A DNA stretch of 64,000 nucleotides from Candidatus Latescibacterota bacterium (lineage in GTDB: Bacteria; Latescibacterota; UBA2968; GCA-2709665). Below are positions 20,501-26,820 of the stretch, piece after piece; the stretch's first letter is position 1, and every line of letters begins with the position of its first letter. The position numbers were made by a program, and so were the translations under genes. The notes beneath the pieces are model-generated. The model did not search any database, was not told the origin of the DNA, and saw only the letters and a list, made by a program, of their open reading frames with translations. Location of the stretch: contig CBDCOX010000002.1 of the NCBI GenBank assembly GCA_965219995.1, forward strand, positions 640,001-704,000, written 5' to 3'.

Positions 20501-22169
20501 ATCCAACGGAACGGCGGCAGCAGGCGCAGACTATGTGAGGACGCGTGGCGCCCTTCGCTTCGACCCGCTGGAGACGCGGCTGACGATCAATGTCCCGATC
20601 GTCGACGACAGCGTCGAGGAAGACACCGAGAATTTCAGGGTGATCCTGTCCAGGTCCGTGAACGCGACGCTTAACGGTGGCGAGGCGGCGGCAACCGGCA
20701 CGATCGACGACAACGATGCCGCGATACGGGCGCTGGAGATATTCCTTTCGAGCGTCGGACGCATGGTGGCTTCGGATGCCGTCGAGGTGATCAGCCGCCG
20801 TTTCGATTCGAACAGTGACGGCCGTCCGTCGCTCACGCTCGGCGGGCAGACATTGATCATTGACGGCGACCGGGAATCGGGCCACCGGTTGTACTCGACA
20901 ATTCCCGCGCGGGAAATCGCCTGGATCGAGGCGCCGGGGCAACGTATCCCGACGGACGCTCAGACGGCCCAGAGCCGGTCTCATCTGCGCCAGACCAGTG
21001 TTTGGGACGTGCTGTCCCGCAGCGACATCTACGTGCCCTACCGCAGAAGAGGAGGCGAGTCGGGATGGACCCTTTGGGGCCGTGGCGCCATCAGTGGATT
21101 CCACGGCGCGCCCGGAACCGCTCGGCGGATGGATGCTGACGCCATCAGCAGTTACGTCGGTATCGACTACAACATCCGCTCAAGGGCGCTGCTGGGCCTG
21201 GCTGCAACGCGAAGCGCAGGAGATTTGAATTACACCCATTCCGCTTCGGGCAGGACACTCGTGCCGATCGATTTTTCGATCACAACGCTGCTGCCTTACC
21301 TCCTTCTGAAACCGCATCCGCGGTTTGGATTGTGGGGGATGTTCGGTACGGGCCGGGGCAGGGTCGAGCTTGTTGACGCCGACGGCGGTCTGGATACGGA
21401 TCTGGCGTTACGGATGGGCGCCGGCGGCGGCCGTCAACATCTGACCACGCTGGATCGGGTCCAATTCGCACTTAAGGGGGACGCCTTTTACGTGGAAACC
21501 ACGTCTGACGGAAACGCACGATTACCGGAGGTGCGTGAGCAGGCAAAGCGGGTGCGCCTGCTCATTGAGGGCCGTCACACCCATAGAAGTGGACGCAAGA
21601 GCCGGTTTAGCCAGAACGTGGAAATCGGCGGAAGGTGGGACAGCGGGCGCGTTGAGAATGGCAGGGGCGTTGACGTGGGCGGCGGCATCGAATACACCCA
21701 TGTCGATCACGGCGTCAGCCTTTCCGCACGCGGACGCTATCTCGTCTTGCACCAGCAGCCGGACTACGAGGAGTGGGGGGCGAGTCTGTTTCTGCGAATC
21801 AGTCCCGGTTATGGCGAACGGGGAATGCTGGTAGACGTCACGCCGGCCTGGGGCGCACCCGCAGATTCGGACGGAACGCTGTGGCTGGACGCGCCGTTCC
21901 TGGCATTCAATCCCGCGGAAACGCCAGGAGTTCGACCGGATCGGATGAAGGTCGATATCGGGTATCGACTCCTGACGGCTGACGGAAAAGGGACGGTAAC
22001 TCCGTATGGCGGTTGGACGGCAGGGCCGCGCGGCCGCGACAGATATCGCATCGGCGGCCGTCTCCGGCTGGGTAGGGCTGCAGGCCTGGACGTGTGGGGC
22101 ACACGGCAGGCGCAGGGACAGGATGCTGCGATTTACAGCATCAGAATAACGGGACGCATAGTCTGGTAG
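11571..22169 (+). CDS. Giant Ca-binding Ig/Calx-beta-like repeat adhesin with C-terminal autotransporter-like beta-barrel (~3,530 aa)
   Basis: Extended N-terminus with a hydrophobic segment and AVA-QS site; about 17 units ending THxASGGDYGSV; Asp-rich DDD linkers; Calx-beta motif VNYATSNGTAAAGADY; C-terminal amphipathic strands (WTLWGRG, YVGIDY, EIGGRWDSG, VTPYG) ending in W. The start is supported by the paralogous remnant at 10695. Confidence 0.85.
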   Translation: MTLKYHNTARPVNAKTGSTCGGPSHARYATGSDRCIAGCRRRRPWLGLVSRSRNSIFRTALSVITLLILGAADRAVAQSQDLVLSESSLVVEENADNSYTVKLATAPTADVTVTISGTSGTDLSVDNTSLTFTSTTWNAEQTVTVTAAGDTDATDDTATLTHTASGGDYASVTKNLPVAVEDVTTVTMNISGLLSSISEAGDVYASLELSASLNLALSDDVTLTVSAAPADANTTADHYTLSPDPPEITIASGATQTGDVVNFVPVDDHKTGHKNVTLTFTVNNDRVTVSPGTTYNVFIRNDDLAQITLELQPAPIFENGRAGRVRARLLRSRPQTEQVTLNIAATASSPTVASDFTLSGQALTFPPGSFMSEGLVEITANDDTDMDDEIVIVSATVEAGQGVIEPDPLNLQIVDDDESGPITLSLRLSPDRLVESGGSTISTVTAEASRPLSQAATITVSASPDSAVATTTTDDFTLSLNRELLIGVGETASRGAVTITAVDNALYEGTHKSVLVAGTVTGNTGVAAPPERVLTILENDSKALVQMIATPGEIDEDGGVSTISAVSFVPMPETVTFDVRVFGSTLTLSDNVQLTMPAGQTMSTGTVTVTAGDVAGTNNTSASISRTNLSSSSFTVRTTSVIILDDDATASMLWMLLSPNRLVEGQGQTSVVSAYLTQPLAENVSVTVAFDEDNTTAFADEYTLSTDRTLTISAGDTTSTGTVTLSTVDNDYYSHRFGSKVAYTYEVTGPDGLNAAKIQNDWNIVEDESPPEVTLVLTPDAIGEDGGMSTVTAELNSAVRSDVTVTVSTEASVDFTQTGSTLTIAQGSKTSTGTVTLTAIDNDVDALDRLVLVSGALTIADELSFGTIAFPYSRQLTITDDDDANLVLSSQTLPVNEGSSNTFRARLDTEPTANVTVNIGLPPGTDVSVNNPVLTFTPTTWNTEQTVTVLAAHDDDAVDDTAILTLEASGGGYGSISKDLDVTVTDDDEAAIVLSPAPLPVDENDDNSYTVKLDTEPTATVTVTIGGHSGTDLSLDKTSLTFTTTTWNTEQTVTVTAGDDDDGVDDDETLTHVASGGDYASVTKDLDVTVTDDDEAAIVIDPAPLPVDENDDNAYTVKLDTEPTATVTVTIGGHSGTDLSLDKTSLTFTTTTWNTEQTVTVTAGDDDDGVDDDETLTHTASGGDYGSVTKDLPVTVTDDDEAAIVIDPAPLPVDENDDNAYTVKLDTEPTATVTVTIGGTADTDLTTDPPILTFTTGNWSTEQTVTVTAGEDDDAVDDSATLTHTASGGDYGSVTKDLRVMVTDDDEPAIVLSPVPLSVDENDDNAYTVKLDTKPTATVTVTIGGHSGTDLSLDKTSLTFTTTTWNTEQTVTVSAGDDDDGVDDSETLTHTASGGDYVSVTKDLEVAVTDDDDPALVITPPSLGVLENGDRPYTVSLATEPTATVTVTIGGHSGTDLSLDKTSLTFTTTTWNTEQTVTVSAADDTDAVNDPETLTHTASGGDYGTVSKDLPVTVTDNDEAGLSLSSPALEVGENDDETYTVALATEPTATVTVTIGGHSGTDLSLDKSSLTFTATSWNTEQTVTVSAGDDDDAVNDGETLTHTASGGDYGSVSKDLPVTVADDDEAAIVLSPTPLTVNENDDNTYTVRLATEPTATVTVTIGGHSGTDLLLDKTSLTFTTGNWSTEQTVMVSAGDDDDAVNDGEDLTHTASGGDYGSVTKDLSVTVTDDDEAAIVLAPASLPLDENGDNTYTVKLATEPTATVTVTIGLPPGTDVSLDRTSLTFTTGNWNAEQTVRVSAGDDEDAVDDSETLTHAASGGDYVSETKDLPVTVTDDDEAAIVLAPASLPLDENDDATYTVVLDTRPISTVTVTIGGTAGTDLTTDLPNLTFTTGNWNVEQTVTVSAGDDDDAVNDNETLTHVASGGDYGSVTKDLPVTVTDDDEAGLVLAPETLGVRENGSAPYRVRLATRPTADVSVAISGYMGTDLTLDETGLTFTTATWNVEQTVTVTAGDDVDAVSEDATISHTASGGDYGSVTADLSVVVTDDDAPALVLSPPSLTLMEGENVTYTVSLATRPTAGVTVTIGGTADTDLLLDKTLLTFSTTDWNIDQTVSVSAEADDDSGSDTATLTHTAFGGDYGSVTRDLRVLVTDDDEADLVISPRSLTVTEGSSASYRVRLSTLPGGAVTVTIVVTSDADVSLSTTTLRFTPENWNVDQSVRVSAAHDADSSDDSARLSHSAAGAAYGSVRKDLPVRVADDDEVGLVMSPASLSFGEGTSTAYTVKLFSQPGANVIVTISGGSEADLRLGRNTLAFNNSNWNTAQTVTVTAGHDDDAVNDTGVLAHMASGGNYGSVRENLPVTVIDDDSGGGGRGVAGDIVLAPASLRVDEGTHEDYTIALNAPPGSDVTVTIGGTTGTDISLDKESLTFGTASWNTPQTVRVSAAHDDDADDDSATLSHAASGGGYDTVGRNLAVTVTDDDTRDEQAGAEVTVSFARTNYTAEEGGNPAQVTVRVVLNSDPEREVTVPLTVDLNGGATPDDFEGVPEAITFGVGQMAKSFNVIAVDDDVDDDGESLTIGFGSLPDRIVAGRPSSTEIHIVDNDDPMTVVSFARDSYTAREGSAPARVTVRVMLSGDPERRVTVPISVNLLGGATLEDFEGVPASVTFGRGEMEKFFDVIAVDDDLDDDDESIAVGFGTLPDRVIPGNPAEAVIHIEDDDDPVVNVSFDRSSYDAAEGGNPALVAVLLGADPEREVTIPVVVTHGGGATAADYDGVPPNVVFNSGETRKQFAIAAVDDDVDDDGESVTLGFGTLPERVERGRPMNAAVTIVDNDERGVTVSTRALAVPEGQAASYTVVIRSEPTSQVNVDVTVTANPDVSVDPLQMTFSTENWDVPQEVVVLAAHDDDAIVDRATLNHATSGGDYGAVAVPSLAVTVIEDDVPVVAIGNERVTEHAGDMVFTVSLDVQSSEEVIVNYATSNGTAAAGADYVRTRGALRFDPLETRLTINVPIVDDSVEEDTENFRVILSRSVNATLNGGEAAATGTIDDNDAAIRALEIFLSSVGRMVASDAVEVISRRFDSNSDGRPSLTLGGQTLIIDGDRESGHRLYSTIPAREIAWIEAPGQRIPTDAQTAQSRSHLRQTSVWDVLSRSDIYVPYRRRGGESGWTLWGRGAISGFHGAPGTARRMDADAISSYVGIDYNIRSRALLGLAATRSAGDLNYTHSASGRTLVPIDFSITTLLPYLLLKPHPRFGLWGMFGTGRGRVELVDADGGLDTDLALRMGAGGGRQHLTTLDRVQFALKGDAFYVETTSDGNARLPEVREQAKRVRLLIEGRHTHRSGRKSRFSQNVEIGGRWDSGRVENGRGVDVGGGIEYTHVDHGVSLSARGRYLVLHQQPDYEEWGASLFLRISPGYGERGMLVDVTPAWGAPADSDGTLWLDAPFLAFNPAETPGVRPDRMKVDIGYRLLTADGKGTVTPYGGWTAGPRGRDRYRIGGRLRLGRAAGLDVWGTRQAQGQDAAIYSIRITGRIVW
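14210..19010 (+). repeat. Intragenic tandem repeat array, ~318-bp (106-aa) period, ~15 units
   Basis: For example GACGTCACGGTCACGGACGACGACGAGGCGGCGATCGTG occurs at 14511 and 14829. Central units are near-identical in DNA; the later units are more diverged. Confidence 0.9.
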
Positions 22170-22316
22170 GCTCAACCTGACAGAACAAACCCCCAGCTGC
22201 GTTCCGACGAGTCAGAATTCCGCCATCCCGCCCGTAGTCCCGGTTTTCGGGACGGTTGGGTTTGAGGTCCAGTGTCAATAAAGCGACTTGCATGCCGCAA
22301 GGCGCCAACGAACACG

Positions 22317-22341
22317 CCCTGCTGATCGGTTTTCAGCAGGG
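22317..22341. terminator. Hairpin between adhesin and tRNA-Glu
   Basis: CCCTGCTGA-N7-TCAGCAGGG stem between convergent genes. Confidence 0.5.
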
Positions 22342-22364
22342 CTGTTTTGTCTGGTTTTGTAATA

Positions 22365-22440
22365 TGGTGACCCCGAGGGGAGTCGAACCCCCGTTTCCAG
22401 GGTGAGAACCTGGTGTCCTAGGCCACTGAACGACGGGGTC
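22365..22440 (-). tRNA. tRNA-Glu (CTC)
   Basis: Reverse complement GACCCCG...CCAGG-TTCTCAC-CCTGG...GGTTCGACTCC...CGGGGTC-ACCA folds as a cloverleaf with encoded CCA. Confidence 0.95.
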
Positions 22441-22459
22441 ACCCTGTCAAAGCGGTCGA

Positions 22460-22488
22460 AATCTAACCAGAACAGCCGGTTATGTCAA
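22460..22488 (-). promoter_or_regulatory. sigma70 promoter of tRNA-Glu
   Basis: TTGACA-N17-TAGATT. Confidence 0.65.
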
Positions 22489-22542
22489 GAAATTTGAGGG
22501 TTGAGCCGGCTCTGCGGACGCCTGTGTTCCGACGCCGCGCAC

Positions 22543-22914
22543 TCAATCCCTCGGCGGCACGGCGCACAGGAAGCCGAAGGGCTCGTCGCCGGTATTTTCG
22601 AACTGATGTTGTTCGTTCGGGGGAATGTAGACGATGTCGCCGGCGCCGATTTCATAGACTTCGCAGCCCATCATCAACCGGGCGGCGCCTCCGAGAACGT
22701 AGACGCCATGGTCGTGTTCGTGGCGGTCGAAGGAGGTCTGGCCCCCCGGTGCGATTTCATAGTACCGCAGGCTGAAGTTGACGGCGCCGTCGCGTTTTCC
22801 GATCACGACCTGCCTGCTGCCGCCCACGGCGCCATCGGTGTTATATGGTTCAACGTCGACGCCGTCCCATGTATACTCGCCGTGTTCACCCGTAAACCGG
22901 TGGAGTACGCCCAT
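22543..22914 (-). CDS. Cupin domain protein
   Basis: RYYEIAPGG, HEHDHGVYVLGG and GDIVYIPPNEQHQF cupin motifs. Confidence 0.85.
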   Translation of the reverse strand: MGVLHRFTGEHGEYTWDGVDVEPYNTDGAVGGSRQVVIGKRDGAVNFSLRYYEIAPGGQTSFDRHEHDHGVYVLGGAARLMMGCEVYEIGAGDIVYIPPNEQHQFENTGDEPFGFLCAVPPRD

Positions 22915-22946
22915 ATCATTCCTATTTTATCCGGGCGCGCCGTCGT

Positions 22947-24107
22947 CTATTGCCCGTTGTTGAGGACAACTTTGACGAATTCGCCGAAATCGGTCGTGTC
23001 GAAGGTCCTGAAGGAGGTGAGCATGGAAGGCGTCCACTCGTCGTGCCAGATCCAGGCGGTCCATCCGATGCTGCGGGTCTGGCAGAAGTCGATCAGGGGC
23101 CGGCCGTAGTCTTCCCTGATTCTTGCCGGATTTTCCGAGTGCCCGTACCCCCATTCGCCCAGGAAGACGGCTTCGGTCTTGTCCAGATCCGAAAGAACGC
23201 TCTTCCAGGCTTCGCCCTTCCAGGGATAGGGATGGGTTTCATACACCACGTTGGGCCGATCGACCGGGTTGTCGAGCGCGCCGCTCAGGTCGTACCCCCA
23301 GTCGACGCCGGAAACCAGCACGAGCGCCCGGGGATCCACGCCGTGGATGACGTCGACGAGAGACTCGGCCACGGGCCGCCAGTCGTCCCACGCAATAAAC
23401 GAGGGTTCGTTGAACGTGCCGTAGATGACGTGGGGCTGATCTCTGTATCTTCGAACGATATCGTCGAGTGCCTCTTTTGCCAGTGAAAGGTCGGGGTTGT
23501 AGGGATTGCCGCTCCACGGATGCAGGTACCCCCACTCGGGGCGTTCCGTCTGGCCGGTCAGCGGGTTCCCGTGCGCGTGCCAGCCGAGAAAGATGTACAC
23601 GCCGCGCCGTTGGCCCCACGCGACGATCGGATCCACGAATGCGGCCAGGTAGTCCCGATACCGGTCCCAGAGGTCGGGGTGAATGGGGACCCGGACGATA
23701 TCCACGTTCCACTCGTGGGCCAGAAGGTCCAGCGCGTCCTGTCCCCGGCGGGTGGCGGCGTGCAGAAAGTACGGGTCGATCACGGCCACGCCGCGAAGGA
23801 CGACGTCCACGCGCTGACCGAAGGTGTCCGCGAAGGCCAGAAAGTCGGCAAAATCGACGATCCCGCTGTTGTCCAGGTCGAATTCGACCGCTGGCGAACC
23901 GAAAGCGTCCGCAAACATCAAAAAGTCCCGGAGATCCACCTGGCCGCCGCCGTCGAAGTCCGCGGCGGCAGTATTCACGCTGACGATTCTGTGCCCTTCA
24001 ACCCGCAGTCTCGAAAGGTTGTCGACGCCATCCGCCGGTGCAGGAAAGACCGGCAGGACGAGGATGAGAATAACAATAGCGAGGCTTCTGGACATCCGGA
24101 CGTTCAT
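22947..24107 (-). CDS. Secreted glycoside hydrolase family 5 with inserted dockerin-like domain
   Basis: Signal peptide; VRVPIH, WH, catalytic FNEP, HPY, GEWG and W.AW.W motifs; paired EF-hands near the N-terminus. The start is one of 24095, 24107 or 24113; the ORF-track extension to 24431 is repeat DNA. Confidence 0.85.
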   Translation of the reverse strand: MNVRMSRSLAIVILILVLPVFPAPADGVDNLSRLRVEGHRIVSVNTAAADFDGGGQVDLRDFLMFADAFGSPAVEFDLDNSGIVDFADFLAFADTFGQRVDVVLRGVAVIDPYFLHAATRRGQDALDLLAHEWNVDIVRVPIHPDLWDRYRDYLAAFVDPIVAWGQRRGVYIFLGWHAHGNPLTGQTERPEWGYLHPWSGNPYNPDLSLAKEALDDIVRRYRDQPHVIYGTFNEPSFIAWDDWRPVAESLVDVIHGVDPRALVLVSGVDWGYDLSGALDNPVDRPNVVYETHPYPWKGEAWKSVLSDLDKTEAVFLGEWGYGHSENPARIREDYGRPLIDFCQTRSIGWTAWIWHDEWTPSMLTSFRTFDTTDFGEFVKVVLNNGQ

Positions 24108-24180
24108 GGACATTCCGGGATCGATTGCGCAATGCGTCTTTTTCGTTTCTTCCGTATACGCCATGCTCAGGAAACGGATG

Positions 24181-24610
24181 TGAGGGTGGGGCAGACATTC
24201 CTGTCTGCCTTCCTCGACATCGGTCAAAGTCTCCGGTCGGCCAATTGCAAACACTGTCATCCTGAGGAGGCCGGCAAACCGGTGATGGGTCCGCGCACAA
24301 GCTCGTCTGCGAAGGGCATCTGCCCCGCGTCCAGTCGAGAAGACGGGAGATTCTTCGCTCCGCTCAGAATGACATGCTTTGCAATAGCCGTCAGCGAGAT
24401 GTTTCGGTGACACCTTCGCCAAACCTGTCATCCTGAGGAGGCCGGCAAACCGGTGATGTGCCCGCGCCCCAAGCCGCTCCCTGAGCTTGTCGAAGGGTCG
24501 GCGAAGGGCTCAGGAGCTTCCTTAATTCGGGCATTTCGACATTTCGACAAGCTCAATGCAGGCATGCTTACTTCGGCAAGCTCAGCACAGGCAATGACCA
24601 CGTTTCGATA
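24181..24610. repeat. Mosaic REP/MITE-like cluster
   Basis: Contains motif B (24181); an inverted pair TGTCATCCTGAG...CTCAGAATGACA; a direct repeat TGTCATCCTGAGGAGGCCGGCAAACCGGTGATG (~24255 and 24426); and motif D CTGAGCTTGTCGAAG, whose 37-bp block 24475-24511 recurs inverted at 29142-29178. Confidence 0.8.
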
Positions 24611-24740
24611 GGGGTAATTAGACGTCGCGCTGAATTACAGGCGGCCGGGTATTAACCCGATGAGATCCTTTCAATGAAAGATAGAAATAATGCCCGTTGC
24701 TCGCAAGGCAGAAGGGAATGTCGACAATGGTTGGCGCATC

Positions 24741-24769
24741 TTGACATCACAGGATGAACATCGTATTTT
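24741..24769 (+). promoter_or_regulatory. sigma70 promoter of small two-gene operon
   Basis: TTGACA-N17-TATTTT. Confidence 0.6.
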
Positions 24770-24849
24770 GAAAGGGAAGCCATCAAGAAAACAGAGATAG
24801 GGGAAGCGTTATCTCCGAACTCACCTCACGCATCATTTCTCAGTCGCGT

Positions 24850-25047
24850 GTGATTGCCAGAGGTGAAAGAATTCGCGATATTGACCGATTGGTACGCACT
24901 TTCGGTGGCAGAAAATCCAGGTGGACCAAAAAGAGCAGTCCGCGTTTCGAGATTCATGGTCTACTCTACGAATATCACTGGTACGAACATCCTGATTTGG
25001 GTCGTGTCGAACTGAAACGAAAAAGAGTCGCCGCCGATGACGGTTAA
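24850..25047 (+). CDS. Small basic hypothetical protein (possible toxin-like component)
   Basis: 65 aa, Arg/Lys-rich, with IRDIDRL...W.K...EYHWYE...G.VELKRK. Start uncertain; overlaps the next gene by 11 bp. Confidence 0.6.
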   Translation: MIARGERIRDIDRLVRTFGGRKSRWTKKSSPRFEIHGLLYEYHWYEHPDLGRVELKRKRVAADDG

Positions 25048-25369
25048 ATTTCGAAGCCAATGCGCAGATTACCCCGATCTGACACCCGGACACGAATATG
25101 GGGTCATCGGAATCGAGGCGGATGATTTGCGGGTCTTGAGCGATCAAGGTCGACCTTACCTGTATCCTGCGGCCGTATTTGAGATCGTGAATCCTCGTGA
25201 ACCAGGCGATTGGATTACTGCCTACGGAGAAGACGGTGAGCGGTACGCATACCCGCCACCGCTCAATGGCAATGGCTTCTTTGAAGACTTCTTCGACGAA
25301 GACGAGGAGGCCGTTGCCGTCTTCTGGCGAACTGTCAATCAGCGCCTGGCTGCCACGTTGGCGGTTTGA
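25037..25369 (+). CDS. Small acidic hypothetical protein (possible antitoxin/immunity-like component)
   Basis: 110 aa; LTPGHEY.V......LRVLSDQG.PYLYP...F N-terminal motif and an acidic FFEDFFDED tail. Confidence 0.7.
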   Translation: MTVKFRSQCADYPDLTPGHEYGVIGIEADDLRVLSDQGRPYLYPAAVFEIVNPREPGDWITAYGEDGERYAYPPPLNGNGFFEDFFDEDEEAVAVFWRTVNQRLAATLAV

Positions 25370-25391
25370 GAAATCTCGTGATGATCCAGTT

Positions 25392-25420
25392 GCCCTGCTT
25401 TGGTCGGCAGGGCTTTTTTT
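25392..25420 (+). terminator. Rho-independent terminator
   Basis: GCCCTGC-N8-GCAGGGC followed by T7. Confidence 0.85.
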
Positions 25421-25729
25421 ATACTCAGTCGATCGAAACCGCAACCGATGGTCCCACAGACAGTTACGTTAAGTCCATTCGACCGTGGGCCGTTTCCGTA
25501 GCGGTGAACGCCGAGCTTCGGACCCATTATTTGTCCCGGCTCTCCAGTCTTGTACGATACCCAGCCAGTGTCTGATGCCGCTGCAATCCAGTGTTCGATA
25601 CGGCGCATGGTTTCAGGAATTACCTTGTAACCCCGTCCCCTTGGGGTTATATTTGAAGCTTTTGGGCGGATCTCCAGGGGATCCGAATCGAAGCGCCCTT
25701 TGGACGATCATTTGAACGGAGAGATCCGG

Positions 25730-26716
25730 ATGTTGAAATACATCGCGTGGCGAATCCTGATGATGATTCCCACGCTCTTCGCCATTTCCATCGTATCGTT
25801 CCTGATCATCCAGCTTCCGCCTGGAGACTTCCTCACTTCGTATCTGGCGCAACTCACCTCGATGGGAGAGACGGTAAGCGAAGAGGTCATTGAGGCATTG
25901 AGGGCGCGGTACGGGCTGGGTAGTCCGGTCTACGTCCAGTACTGGACCTGGATGACCGGAATCATCACCCAGGGCGATTTCGGAATGTCCCTTCTGTGGG
26001 GCAGGCCGGTGAGCGAACTGCTTTGGGAGCGGGTCAGCCTGACGGTGATGGTGAGCGCGAGTTCGGTCCTCTTCATCTGGGTGGTCGCGATTCCCATCGG
26101 CATCTATTCCGCCGTGCGGCAATATTCGATCGGCGACTACATCTTCACGTTTCTGGGTTTCCTGGGGCTGGCCACGCCGCCGTTCATGCTCGCGCTGATC
26201 GCGCTGTGGATCGTCTTCGTGTCCACCGGAAGCGTGCTGGTCGGGCTGTTTTCGCCCGAGTTTATCGACGCGCCATGGTCGTTCGCCAAGGCACTGGACC
26301 TGCTCGCCCATCTGTGGATTCCAATGGTGATCCTGGGTACCGCGGGGACCGCCGGGACGATCCGCGTGATCCGCGCCCAGATGCTGGATGAACTGCACAA
26401 GCCGTACGTGGTGACCGCCAGGGCGAAAGGCGTGTCCGAGTTGAAACTGCTCTTCAAATATCCCGTGCGGATTGCCCTGAATCCCTTTTTCAGCACGCTG
26501 GGCTGGCTGCTGCCCCGGTTGATCGCGGGCGAGATTCTGGTGTCGATCGTGTTGAATCTGCCCACCACCGGGCCGCTGCTTCTCGGCGCGCTCACCAACC
26601 AGGATATGTACCTGGCCGGAAGCTTTATGCTGATTCTGAGCACGTTGACGGTGATCGGGACGCTGATATCGGATATACTGCTTGCGTGGGTGGACCCGAG
26701 GATCCGTTACTCATAG
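25730..26716 (+). CDS. Dpp/Opp-family ABC transporter permease (DppB-like)
   Basis: MLKYIAWR N-terminus, GDFGMS, EAA-like YVVTARAKG, DPRIRY C-terminus. Confidence 0.92.
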   Translation: MLKYIAWRILMMIPTLFAISIVSFLIIQLPPGDFLTSYLAQLTSMGETVSEEVIEALRARYGLGSPVYVQYWTWMTGIITQGDFGMSLLWGRPVSELLWERVSLTVMVSASSVLFIWVVAIPIGIYSAVRQYSIGDYIFTFLGFLGLATPPFMLALIALWIVFVSTGSVLVGLFSPEFIDAPWSFAKALDLLAHLWIPMVILGTAGTAGTIRVIRAQMLDELHKPYVVTARAKGVSELKLLFKYPVRIALNPFFSTLGWLLPRLIAGEILVSIVLNLPTTGPLLLGALTNQDMYLAGSFMLILSTLTVIGTLISDILLAWVDPRIRYS

Positions 26717-26820
26717 CGTGCTGTCCGGGCGCGCCCGGGAATGCACAGGAGTCGCTCAAGATCGCTACGGAATCGAAAAGCAATAGACATTCAGTGAAGC
26801 CGCCGCCGTCGACCGGGACG

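Noticed and set aside
22365-22385. attL/attR duplication of tRNA ends
   Set aside because: No second copy of either tRNA 3' end was found by eye in this window.
24114-24431. N-terminal extension of the GH5 ORF (likewise 1342-1455, 30183-30329, 37718-37960)
   Set aside because: These extensions run through repeat DNA, intergenic DNA or the upstream gene; signal peptides and RBSs indicate later starts.
25421-25729. Possible riboswitch or small ORF upstream of the ABC operon
   Set aside because: Only a short CGGATC/GATCCG stem was seen; I recognised no riboswitch consensus, and the minus-strand ORF lacks support. An Rfam scan would settle it.
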